A DNA stretch of 64,000 bases, taken from assembly GCA_036677065.1 (NCBI GenBank), contig JAKFBS010000002.1, forward strand, positions 192,001 to 256,000, read 5' to 3'. Positions 17,685 to 28,823 of this stretch are shown here, piece after piece (positions within the stretch are counted from its first letter, which is position 1; each line of letters begins with the position of its first letter). This stretch comes from Bdellovibrio sp. (GTDB lineage Bacteria > Bdellovibrionota > Bdellovibrionia > Bdellovibrionales > Bdellovibrionaceae). Made by a program: the position numbers and the translations under genes. The notes under the pieces were generated by a model, which was not told the DNA's origin, ran no database searches, and worked only from the letters and a program-made list of their open reading frames with translations.

Positions 17685-17747
17685 CAAAAAGATATTAGTT
17701 CTAAGTAAGAGTGAGTTGGGTTTTGGTGGTTCCCTAACTTAATCTTC

Positions 17748-17782
17748 AGCGGAAAGCCTAAAAAGCTTTCCGCTTTTTTTTT
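17748..17782 (+). terminator. Intrinsic terminator upstream of queA
   Basis: AGCGGAAAGC-ctaaaaa-GCTTTCCGCT followed by a long T-run. Confidence 0.85.
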
Positions 17783-17808
17783 GTCTTTTTTTCATGTAGA
17801 TATATTCT

Positions 17809-18816
17809 ATGAAACTTTCTGACCTACATTTTGACTATCCCGAAGAACTTATAGCTACAAGTCCGTCGCGCCCAACGCGAGTGATGCTTGTGGACACAAA
17901 CGGTCAGCCTTGTGAAATAACAATTTCACAATTAATCGAACAAATTCCGGCAGGTGATGTTTTAGTGTTAAACGACACCAAAGTTTTAAAAAGACGGGTG
18001 TTTGTGCGGACGGCTGAGTCCGACGATCTAGAAATTCTTTTCTTAGAAGAATTACCAGACGGTACCCAAAAAGTTTTATTTCCTTCAAAAAAATATAAAG
18101 TTAATGACGAGATCATTTTACCTAACGGTGCTAAAATGAAGCTTTTAGAAAAAGGACTTCCTCAAATCGTTCAGGTAACACCTCGATTAACTGAAGCTGA
18201 TTTTGATAAATTCGGCGAATTGCCGTTGCCACCTTATATTCAAAAAGCCCGTGATGCCCGCCATAACGTACAAGCCGATGAAAGCTGGTATCAAACGGCC
18301 TGGGCGCAAAACCCCGGAAGTTTCGCAGCCCCCACGGCAAGTCTACATTTCAGCGAGGCCGATTTAAAAACACTTGAAGCTAAAGGCGTAAAAGTTTTAA
18401 AAATCACTCTGCATGTGGGGCTTGGAACTTTTCTACCGGTAAAAACCGAAAATTTAAATGATCATAAAATGCACGCTGAAGTTTACGAAGTTTCAAGCGC
18501 GGTATGGGATCAAATCGAAAAAGCCAAAGCTGCGCAACATAAGGTTTGGGCCTTAGGTACAACAGTCACACGCACCTTAGAAACCGTCGCGCGCACAAAA
18601 GAATTATCTGGTTCATCAGAAATTTTATTACAAGCGGGCAGCGAATTTTTAGTCGTCGATCGTTTAATGACAAATTTCCACCAACCAGAATCAACATTAT
18701 TGGCACTGGTTTCTGGATTTTCATCCTTAGCCACCGTAAAGAAAAACTACGCCTGGGCGATCGAACGCAAATTCAAACTTTTCAGCTACGGTGATTTCTC
18801 AGTCTGGAAAAGGTAG
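17809..18816 (+). CDS. queA: S-adenosylmethionine:tRNA ribosyltransferase-isomerase
   Basis: GELPLPPYI, AAPTASLHF, TLHVGLGTF, TNFHQPESTL, FSYGD. Confidence 0.95.
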   Translation: MKLSDLHFDYPEELIATSPSRPTRVMLVDTNGQPCEITISQLIEQIPAGDVLVLNDTKVLKRRVFVRTAESDDLEILFLEELPDGTQKVLFPSKKYKVNDEIILPNGAKMKLLEKGLPQIVQVTPRLTEADFDKFGELPLPPYIQKARDARHNVQADESWYQTAWAQNPGSFAAPTASLHFSEADLKTLEAKGVKVLKITLHVGLGTFLPVKTENLNDHKMHAEVYEVSSAVWDQIEKAKAAQHKVWALGTTVTRTLETVARTKELSGSSEILLQAGSEFLVVDRLMTNFHQPESTLLALVSGFSSLATVKKNYAWAIERKFKLFSYGDFSVWKR

Positions 18817-18826
18817 GCCGTACCTT

Positions 18827-21328
18827 TTACCGGTAATTCATCGAGACATTGTGAATCGCATCGAATAACAGTTTTTTCTTAATGGGCTTCGATAACAATG
18901 TTACATCATCAAATGTTTTTGCGGTTTTTGCTGTGTAATCTAATAAATCGGCTGTGACTAGAATAACCGGAATCGGCTTAATATTGCGATGTCTTTCATA
19001 GGTGCGAATTTTTTCTAACAATTCAAAACCATCCATATTCGGCATGCGCACATCTAAGATTAATAAATCCGGAAGTTTTTTTTCAAAACTTTGCCAAGCG
19101 GTCTCGCCATCGTAATTGTAATTCACTTGCCAGGTGGATTTTGCAAAATAAGCTTTATACAGCTCGATATTGCCATGATCATCATCGGCTACGATAATTG
19201 ATAGATCTTCTTTAGGCACAACGACTGGCATGTTGGCTAAAGCTGAAGGATCTGTACTTTTTCGCAGCTGATCTGAAGATAAATGTTTGCGGTGGCGACT
19301 GCGGCTTGTAAAACCATTAGCTGTTAATAATTCATAAGGTAAAAACGGCGCATTACTTAAATGATTAATGTTTAAATGCCCCCACGTTTGCTGGATCTTG
19401 CCTTGGCCTAAAACAAACACATGGCGGCCAAATGTTTTAGATAAAATATCAAGATCCATTTGAGCCGTTTCAGGATCATGCACAAACCAATAATTACGGT
19501 TCGAGTCAGTCAGTAATAATACTTTGGCAAAGTCTTCAGTAATAAAAACAACTTCTTCAATATTCGGATGAAAAGCTAAAGCCGAGAATGATTTTTGTAA
19601 TTGTGGATCAGTCGACAATAGCACGGCTGTGTACTTGGTTGTGTCATGAGTTTTATAAATTTCGTACCAGTTCACGCGGTCTGGTCGGTTAAGCTCTAAC
19701 TCTACCGAGAAAACGGATCCTTTTTTTAGCGTCGATTGCACTGAAATTTTTCCGTGCATTTTTTTAATAATATCTTTAACGATAGATAAGCCAAGACCTA
19801 CTCCGCCTTCGGCATAAGTTTTTGAATTTTCTACCTGAAAGAAAGCATCGAAAACTTTGCTCACCTTATCAGAAGGAATCCCAATACCTGTATCTTTGAT
19901 TTCAAATTTTAATTGTACACGATTTGAAATTAAACTTTCAGTGGCCTGCACGGCTAAAATCACATGGCCTGCTAAAGTGTATTTGCTGGCGTTGCGTAAT
20001 AAGTTAATTAAGACCTGGCGTAAGCGGTTTGGATCAGCGATCACGCAAGCGGGCATCGACTTATCTAAGTGCAGATAAATTTTAAGACCTTTTGATTTAC
20101 AATCCTGACCGGCTAGTTTTACGACATCCCCTAAAAATTGCGCCATATAAATAGTGCGCTCCTGAAAGGTCATTTCATTTTTTTCAGCTTGGGCTAATTC
20201 GATCAAATCATCCATCATTGAAAGCAGGTGTTCACCTGACGTGTGCATAGTTTTAAGATAATTTTGCACGACATTGTCGACATTCACTTCGCTACAAAGA
20301 TCGATCATGCCTAATATTAGATTTAGCGGCGTCCTGATCTCGTGACTGATCTTGCCGAAAAAATGCGCTTTACTGTTCAGGGCCTGTTGCAGATCATGCG
20401 CTGTTTTTTCTAAGGCTAAGGTTTTTGCGACAATCAATTTATTCGCCAAGCGATTTTGATTAATTAAAGTGTAAAATAAGTATGAGATCACCAGGGTTAA
20501 TAAAAAACCAAGCGCCGCCGCTGATTTTTCAGGTGACAAAAAGTTTGTGCGCATCGGTGCATAACGAAAATTAATAGATAAATCGATATTTGATTGCGGC
20601 AATGAATTTGTAAAGCGCACACTAGTTATATTTAAATCGGGCTTGTCGACGTATTTAGAAAGAATTTTTTTACCGTTGATATTTTGAATTAACCACGACG
20701 TTTTGCTATTTTCAGCTTTGACGACGATGCTATTTAAGTCAGACAAAATAGTTTGATTAAATAAACTAGCTAAAGGAGTCGTAAAAAGAAAATAAATCTT
20801 ACGATGAACACGCGACCGTAAGACAACTGATAAATAGGGTCGTTCATTGGATTCAAAAACTAACGTAGTCAAAAGACTTGATGTTTTTTTCAAGTCTTTG
20901 ATCATATTTTTGATGTCATTCGATTGTAAGTAACTTGAAGGCACATCAGGTATAGTCGAATCGGGGGTATTTACCCGAAGCAGGGCTTTATACTTATTGC
21001 CTTGTTCCTGAATAATAGTCATGCGCTGAAATAATGTGTGCCTCAGTACTAAATCTAAGTACGGCTCATCTTTAGTGTAATTGATTGGACGATCTTCAAG
21101 GTTTGCTTCGTAACTTTGAATTTTTAAAATGCTATTTGTTAATAACAAATCTATTTTGGTTAATTCTTCGCGTGCTGTTTGGCTAAATACTGATTTTTGA
21201 ATGAAGTCATCACGCTGTTTTAAATGAGCGTAAATATAGTAGGTTAAGCCGAAGCCGAAAATAAGAGTCAATACCGGAGCCCACAAAACAATTTTTTGCA
21301 GTTGGGTAATTCTATGACTTATTGACAT
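18827..21328 (-). CDS. Membrane hybrid histidine kinase
   Basis: 2 TM segments, ISHEIRTPL, NASKYT, GVGLGLSI, C-terminal REC (LLILDVRMP); start taken at internal ATG (ORF track extends to 21427). Confidence 0.88.
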   Translation of the reverse strand: MSISHRITQLQKIVLWAPVLTLIFGFGLTYYIYAHLKQRDDFIQKSVFSQTAREELTKIDLLLTNSILKIQSYEANLEDRPINYTKDEPYLDLVLRHTLFQRMTIIQEQGNKYKALLRVNTPDSTIPDVPSSYLQSNDIKNMIKDLKKTSSLLTTLVFESNERPYLSVVLRSRVHRKIYFLFTTPLASLFNQTILSDLNSIVVKAENSKTSWLIQNINGKKILSKYVDKPDLNITSVRFTNSLPQSNIDLSINFRYAPMRTNFLSPEKSAAALGFLLTLVISYLFYTLINQNRLANKLIVAKTLALEKTAHDLQQALNSKAHFFGKISHEIRTPLNLILGMIDLCSEVNVDNVVQNYLKTMHTSGEHLLSMMDDLIELAQAEKNEMTFQERTIYMAQFLGDVVKLAGQDCKSKGLKIYLHLDKSMPACVIADPNRLRQVLINLLRNASKYTLAGHVILAVQATESLISNRVQLKFEIKDTGIGIPSDKVSKVFDAFFQVENSKTYAEGGVGLGLSIVKDIIKKMHGKISVQSTLKKGSVFSVELELNRPDRVNWYEIYKTHDTTKYTAVLLSTDPQLQKSFSALAFHPNIEEVVFITEDFAKVLLLTDSNRNYWFVHDPETAQMDLDILSKTFGRHVFVLGQGKIQQTWGHLNINHLSNAPFLPYELLTANGFTSRSRHRKHLSSDQLRKSTDPSALANMPVVVPKEDLSIIVADDDHGNIELYKAYFAKSTWQVNYNYDGETAWQSFEKKLPDLLILDVRMPNMDGFELLEKIRTYERHRNIKPIPVILVTADLLDYTAKTAKTFDDVTLLSKPIKKKLLFDAIHNVSMNYR

Positions 21329-21513
21329 GATGACACGGTTGGAAAATCGATTTGAAGCTTTCATCTGTATTAATCTTAGATGAAGATATGTGATATTAAT
21401 AATAATTTCATTTGAAGAAATCTTCAAATGACCTTCAAACGTCCTTTATTTGGACATGATTAACTATTTGACGGGGAATAAACGCGTCACGATGATGCTA
21501 GTTGAGGGGTATA

Positions 21514-21915
21514 ATGCAATTTCAAGATGTATTGGTAAAATTTAAAAAAGTTAAGGACTTTGACCCAAGCGGTCTGTTGCAGCTCAAGGAAGACACCGAT
21601 GAATCTGTGGCAATTAAGATCTTAGCGCGCTTTTTTATCACTCTTGAAGAATCGCTGAATCATGTCGCTAGCAGCCTAAACAGTGGCGAATTGGCTGAAG
21701 TCGCAAAAGGTTCACATAAAATTGCGGGCAGTGCTGACTTGGTTGGATTTGCAGTTTTCGCGCAAAAATCGCGAAAAATTTCTCGCGATGTAAAAACATT
21801 GCCTGAAATGTCTTCTGCAGATTTGCATCACGAAGTTGTCGATTATCTGAGTGATGGTAAATTAATGTTAGGTCAGATGAAAGAAGCTTTTCCTGACTAC
21901 AAAAAATGTATCTAA
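21514..21915 (+). CDS. Hpt phosphotransfer protein
   Basis: SHKIAGSADLVG matches the Hpt HxxKGS-like motif; helical. Confidence 0.75.
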   Translation: MQFQDVLVKFKKVKDFDPSGLLQLKEDTDESVAIKILARFFITLEESLNHVASSLNSGELAEVAKGSHKIAGSADLVGFAVFAQKSRKISRDVKTLPEMSSADLHHEVVDYLSDGKLMLGQMKEAFPDYKKCI

Positions 21916-21923
21916 AATAATGC

Positions 21924-22622
21924 TTAAGATTCTTTAACTTCGATTTTATATCCTGCACCTAAAACAGTTTCAACTTTTGCGGTGCTTGAAGATATTTTTT
22001 TACGAAGATGAGAAATATGGGCATCCACCGTACGCTCAGTAATATGTTTAGCAATACCCCAGACATGATCGATCAAATAATCTCGCGAATATACTTGGCC
22101 TGGACGGGTCGAAAGAATTTTTAAAAGTTTAAATTCAGACGGCGTTAAATCCACATTTTCAATCTTGTCAGCGACTTGAATTTGCACGCTCATTTTATCA
22201 GAATCGATAATCAGGTTTCCGATTTTAATATGCGAGCTATCTTTAGCCTGCGCCTGCGCTGTGCGAAGTCTGGCTTCAATGCGTGCTTTTAATTCTGCAG
22301 AATGAGGTGGTTTTACGATGTAATCATCGGCACCAACGCCGAACGCAGCTACTTTGCTTAAAATATCGTTGTCGGCACTTAAAATAATAATCGGGATGTT
22401 TTTAGCGCTAAAAGCATCTTTAAACTGGCTTAGGGCTTTGATCCCGTTGCCATCTGGCAGCGATACGTCCAAAAGAATCAAATCAAAACTTTCGCGGCCA
22501 TTTTGCACGTATTTAAAGGCATCGTTTAATGTAGGAGCGAAAGACAACGTATGGTCTTTTAAAACCGATGTGAGGTAAACCACAAAGTCCTGACTGTCTT
22601 CGATGCATAGTATTTTTGCCAT
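21924..22622 (-). CDS. OmpR-family response regulator
   Basis: LILLDVSLPDGNG, GADDYIVKP, LTPSEFKLL, RTVDAHISHLRKK. Confidence 0.92.
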   Translation of the reverse strand: MAKILCIEDSQDFVVYLTSVLKDHTLSFAPTLNDAFKYVQNGRESFDLILLDVSLPDGNGIKALSQFKDAFSAKNIPIIILSADNDILSKVAAFGVGADDYIVKPPHSAELKARIEARLRTAQAQAKDSSHIKIGNLIIDSDKMSVQIQVADKIENVDLTPSEFKLLKILSTRPGQVYSRDYLIDHVWGIAKHITERTVDAHISHLRKKISSSTAKVETVLGAGYKIEVKES

Positions 22623-22758
22623 AAAACTAACCAACCTCAATAGAAACGTATTTAGAGGAAAAAATACCGTGGTTTTGCGTATTCATCAAACCTTTTTAAT
22701 TCTAATCCCAAATTTACCCCACACACTTAATAGTAAGGCATACATCAAGGAGGAATAT

Positions 22759-23136
22759 ATGACTATTAACTTACATTTTTCTCACGTCGAGGTCCCAGAT
22801 TATCTACGTTACAACATTGAAGGTTACGTGACCGAAATGATCGGAGAACTGGCCCAGAAACCAAATTTATTCGTAGATTTATTCTGTAAAAAAGAAGTTG
22901 TGTCTAAAAACCACGGAGAAAAATTTAAATGTCACATAGAGGCGCACGCCCCTTGGTTGAACAAAAAAATATATGTGCAAACCACGGGCGATGAGTGCTG
23001 GGAAACCATTACCAAAGCGTCCGGAATCATGAAACGTAAACTATTTAGTCAGAAAAAATCTGATCACAGAAGAAGAGCGAGAGCGGATTGGAGTCTTGAA
23101 CAGGCAGACAGTAACGAACAAGAATTAGCAATTTAA
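22759..23136 (+). CDS. Divergent HPF/RaiA-like (S30AE fold) protein
   Basis: AAGGAGG RBS; MTINLHFSHVEVPDYLRYNIE...FKCHIEAH...IYVQ...ETITKA..IMKRKL follows the HPF pattern. Confidence 0.55.
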   Translation: MTINLHFSHVEVPDYLRYNIEGYVTEMIGELAQKPNLFVDLFCKKEVVSKNHGEKFKCHIEAHAPWLNKKIYVQTTGDECWETITKASGIMKRKLFSQKKSDHRRRARADWSLEQADSNEQELAI

Positions 23137-23180
23137 GATGAGCAAACCTTAAAGCAACTCTTGTTGAAAGAGAGTGTGTT

Positions 23181-23591
23181 ATGATTTACAGAATCTTAAT
23201 TATCGAAGATGATTTGGCCTATAAGCCACTCTGGGCAGATATTCTGCGCAGATACTTAGGTGGTCATATTGCTGATATTGTTTGGGCTGTTAGTGCTGAA
23301 GAAGCGCGTATTCAATACGAAAAATCTATCGCCACGAAACAGTATTTCGATTTCATTATCACAGATGTATTCTTAGCGGGCTCAGACACAGGTCTGGATT
23401 TCGTCGAAAACATTTTCGCTGATGATCAAGAAGCCCCTCCCATTATCTTGATTTCATCAGTCGATAAAGAAGAAGTCGAAGACATCGTGAATACAGATTC
23501 ACGTCGTGTTGAAGTTTTAACAAAGCCAATTAATGCAGTTCAGTTTAAAGAAGTTATGAACCGAATTACCGAAAACCGAAGGGCGATTTAA
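23181..23591 (+). CDS. Single-domain response regulator
   Basis: ILIIEDD, FIITDVFL, LISS, LTKP. Confidence 0.85.
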   Translation: MIYRILIIEDDLAYKPLWADILRRYLGGHIADIVWAVSAEEARIQYEKSIATKQYFDFIITDVFLAGSDTGLDFVENIFADDQEAPPIILISSVDKEEVEDIVNTDSRRVEVLTKPINAVQFKEVMNRITENRRAI

Positions 23592-23593
23592 GT

Positions 23594-25679
<2,086 letters not shown>

Positions 25680-25764
25680 CCATCCTTGATCGTAACAGCG
25701 TTTAAGTGTTCAATTTACTTTGAGTTTTTTCGAAAAACTAAATTTAATAAAGGGACTTAAAAAT

Positions 25765-26133
25765 ATGTTACTGAAAATGTTATCGATGAATTTCGCCGCT
25801 TTCGCACAAGACGCAACTACAGCAGCAACAGCAGCTACTGCAGAACAACCTCCAGCATGGATGCAATTTGTTCCGATGCTTGCCATCGTAGTGGTGTTTT
25901 ATTTTTTCTTAATTCGCCCACAAGCAAAACGCGCTAAAGAACAACAAGGATTTTTATCAGCTTTAAAAGTTGGTGACCAAGTTGTTACACAAAGTGGTTT
26001 GTTCGGAAAAATCACTGGCCTAAATGAGCAAATCGCAAATCTTGAGATTTCAAACGGGGTGACTATTAAACTTCTTCGTTCGCAAATCACGATGCTTCAA
26101 TCAGCTTTGCAAAAAGCTGAGCCCGCGAAATAA
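25765..26133 (+). CDS. yajC: Preprotein translocase subunit YajC
   Basis: FYFFLIRPQ, LKVGDQVVTQSGLFG; tgt-yajC-secD synteny. Confidence 0.95.
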   Translation: MLLKMLSMNFAAFAQDATTAATAATAEQPPAWMQFVPMLAIVVVFYFFLIRPQAKRAKEQQGFLSALKVGDQVVTQSGLFGKITGLNEQIANLEISNGVTIKLLRSQITMLQSALQKAEPAK

Positions 26134-26166
26134 TTTTTTAGAAAATAAAAGACAAGGAAAAACAAC

Positions 26167-27858
26167 ATGGAAAATCTACGACTGAGAACATGGACAGCTG
26201 GCATTGCATTAGTATTAGCTGCGCTATTCATTGCTCCTAACTTTATCGACACCTCGAAATTTGCTTGGTGGCCGGCACGTAAATTAAATTACGGCTTAGA
26301 CATTCAAGGTGGTATCCACTTAGTTATGGGTGTTGATGTTGAAAGTGTTTTAGTCACTACAGTCAATCGTCAAACGATTGTACTTGGTGCTGACTTCGCA
26401 AAAGAAAACATCAAAATCAAAGGTTTCGACACAGCTAACGCTAAAAATGGCGGTTTGAATGTTTTAGTTGAATCTGCAGAAGCTGCAAAACAAGTTGAAG
26501 CAGTTATTTTGAAAAACTACGTTGGCGCATTGCAAGTGATCTCGGCTACAGCTGAAAAAGTTGAAATCCGCTATTACGACGCCTATTTATTGGATCAAAA
26601 ACAAAATACAATTCGTCAGGCGATCGAAACAATTCGTAATCGTATCGATGAATTCGGTGTGGCAGAACCTTCAATCACGCAACAAGGTGCTGACCGTATT
26701 TTAATTCAATTGCCAGGTTTAGCTGATGCTGAAAAAGCAAAACAGTTAATCAACACAACGGCTAAACTTGATTTCATGTTAGTGTCTTACGATAAGTCTC
26801 CGGATGAAGTTCGTAAGATGATTGATGACGCTGAAAAAGCGGGTGGCTACTCAATGGCAACATTGAAATACACTGAATACATCAAACGCCTTAACGATGA
26901 TTTAAAAGCGCAACTTCCAGCAAACACAGCGATTTACTTCGAAAAAGGTTCGAACGCTAAAACAATGGAGGCCGGAAGCACTCCTTATTTATTAACAACA
27001 GATACAGATCTTGGCGGCGATTCATTAGATAGCGCTGGGGTTTCGTTTGACCAGTACGGTTCTCCTGAAGTGACTTTACGTTTCAACCCATCTGGGGCAA
27101 ATAAATTTGCTGATTTAACAGAAAAAAACATCAACCGCCAAATGGCTGTGGTGTTAGATAGAGTTGTTAAAACAGCGCCTAACATCAATTCAAAAATTCC
27201 AAATGGCCAAGCGGTCATTACTTTAGGCCGTTCTGGTGACCAACAACAGATGATGGATGAAGCAAAACTTATTTCTACGGCTTTACGCGCGGGAGCCTTA
27301 CCTGCAACGCTTGAGCAATTAGAAGAACGCCGAGTTGGTCCTTCTCTTGGTAAAGATGCCTTAGAAAAAGCTCGTTTAGGGGCTATCATTGGTTCAATCC
27401 TGATTATGATTTTCATGGTTGTTTACTATAAAGGTATGGGCGTTATCACGGCGTTCACGCTAATCTTAAATATCGTTGCGGTGTTTGCGATCCTTGGTTC
27501 ACTAGGTGCTACATTAACGTTACCTGGTATTGCCGGTATGGCGTTAACTGTGGGCTTTGCGGTTGATGCGAACGTTTTAATTAATGAGCGTATTCGTGAA
27601 GAGTTAGCAAAAGGTGCCGGCATTAAAGCGGCGATTCAAGATGGGTACTCTCAGGCTATGTCTGCGATCATCGATTCGAATGTAACAACATCGGCAACTG
27701 CATTAATCTTATTGTACTTCGGAACAGGTCCGGTACGTGGTTTCGCTGTTACATTACTTGCGGGTATCGCAACGACTATTTTTGCAAACGTTTTCGTTTC
27801 AAAAGTAATCTCTGACAACTTAGTTTACCGCTTTGGTCTTAAAAAGATTTCTATATAA
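26167..27858 (+). CDS. secD: Protein translocase subunit SecD
   Basis: GLDIQGG, RNRIDEFGVAEP, LRAGALP, AVDANVLINERIREE. Confidence 0.97.
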   Translation: MENLRLRTWTAGIALVLAALFIAPNFIDTSKFAWWPARKLNYGLDIQGGIHLVMGVDVESVLVTTVNRQTIVLGADFAKENIKIKGFDTANAKNGGLNVLVESAEAAKQVEAVILKNYVGALQVISATAEKVEIRYYDAYLLDQKQNTIRQAIETIRNRIDEFGVAEPSITQQGADRILIQLPGLADAEKAKQLINTTAKLDFMLVSYDKSPDEVRKMIDDAEKAGGYSMATLKYTEYIKRLNDDLKAQLPANTAIYFEKGSNAKTMEAGSTPYLLTTDTDLGGDSLDSAGVSFDQYGSPEVTLRFNPSGANKFADLTEKNINRQMAVVLDRVVKTAPNINSKIPNGQAVITLGRSGDQQQMMDEAKLISTALRAGALPATLEQLEERRVGPSLGKDALEKARLGAIIGSILIMIFMVVYYKGMGVITAFTLILNIVAVFAILGSLGATLTLPGIAGMALTVGFAVDANVLINERIREELAKGAGIKAAIQDGYSQAMSAIIDSNVTTSATALILLYFGTGPVRGFAVTLLAGIATTIFANVFVSKVISDNLVYRFGLKKISI

Positions 27859-27866
27859 TTAGGGGA

Positions 27867-28817
27867 ATGAATAAAATGGCAAAAAATAATACTACACAAG
27901 AATCCTCTGGAAAATTTGATTTCGTCGGAAAAGTCGGAATCTTCGGCGGGATCTCATTAATTTTAACTGTACTTTCTTTGGGTTACATCGCGGTTAAAGG
28001 TATTAACTACGGTATCGACTTTAAAGGTGGAACTGAAATTCAGGTAAAATTCGAACAGTCTGTAAATATCGATCAAGTGCGTACTTCATTAGATGGTTTA
28101 GCTTTAGGTGAAGTTGGCGTTCAGGCTTTCGGTGAAGGCAACGAATTTATCATCCGCTTTCAAGGCGAAAAAGGCACAACTGATAAAGAAACAAATGAAA
28201 ATTTAAACACTTCGATCACAAGTCTTAAAGATAAAATCATGACAACGTTTGCGGCTCAAGGTCCGGACATCCGTCGTGTTGATACAGTGGGGCCTCAGGT
28301 TGGAGCAGAGCTTAAACGTAATGGATTTCTAGCGGTATTTTACTGTCTATTAGTTATCTTTATTTACGTTGCTCTTCGTTTTGATTATAAATTTTCGCCG
28401 GGTGCGGTGGTGTGTTTATTTCATGATGCGGTAATTACCTTAGCTGTGTTCTTATTGGTCGGAAAAGAAGTTAATATTCCGATTTTAGCAGCGATTCTAA
28501 CGTTAATTGGTTTCTCGTTAAATGATACGATCGTGGTATTTGACCGTATTCGTGAAACAGAACACCGTTACAGAGACCGTGGTTTTAAATTCATTATCAA
28601 CAAATCAATCAATGATATGTTAGGCAGAACTATTATTACTTCGGGCACAGTTTTTATATCGGCATTATGTTTATTGATTTTTGCTGATGGCGTTGTGCAA
28701 GACATCGCGTTTGCGCTTTCTGTAGGTATCGTATTCGGAGCATACTCAAGTATTTACGTAGCGGCTCCGTTTATCTTAATTATGGAGAACATTTTTAAAC
28801 CGACTGCAAAGGCGTAA
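27867..28817 (+). CDS. secF: Protein translocase subunit SecF
   Basis: GIDFKGG, VGPQVG, GFSLNDTIVVFDRIRE. Confidence 0.97.
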   Translation: MNKMAKNNTTQESSGKFDFVGKVGIFGGISLILTVLSLGYIAVKGINYGIDFKGGTEIQVKFEQSVNIDQVRTSLDGLALGEVGVQAFGEGNEFIIRFQGEKGTTDKETNENLNTSITSLKDKIMTTFAAQGPDIRRVDTVGPQVGAELKRNGFLAVFYCLLVIFIYVALRFDYKFSPGAVVCLFHDAVITLAVFLLVGKEVNIPILAAILTLIGFSLNDTIVVFDRIRETEHRYRDRGFKFIINKSINDMLGRTIITSGTVFISALCLLIFADGVVQDIAFALSVGIVFGAYSSIYVAAPFILIMENIFKPTAKA

Positions 28818-28823
28818 TTGCCC

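Larger units (their letters stand above)
17441..17782 (+). ncRNA. Putative structured transcript with AGGA-loop hairpins (CsrA/RsmA-site-like); ends approximate
   Basis: GAGC-AAGGAC-GCTC, ACAGCT-AGGAT-GGCTGT, GCCA-AGGA-TGGC and AAGGAG; TATCAT -10-like hexamer at 17429-17434; strong terminator. Confidence 0.5.

Noticed and set aside
17307..17809. preQ1 or c-di-GMP riboswitch upstream of queA
   Set aside because: I could not identify consensus elements of either aptamer by eye; an Rfam search is needed to exclude them.
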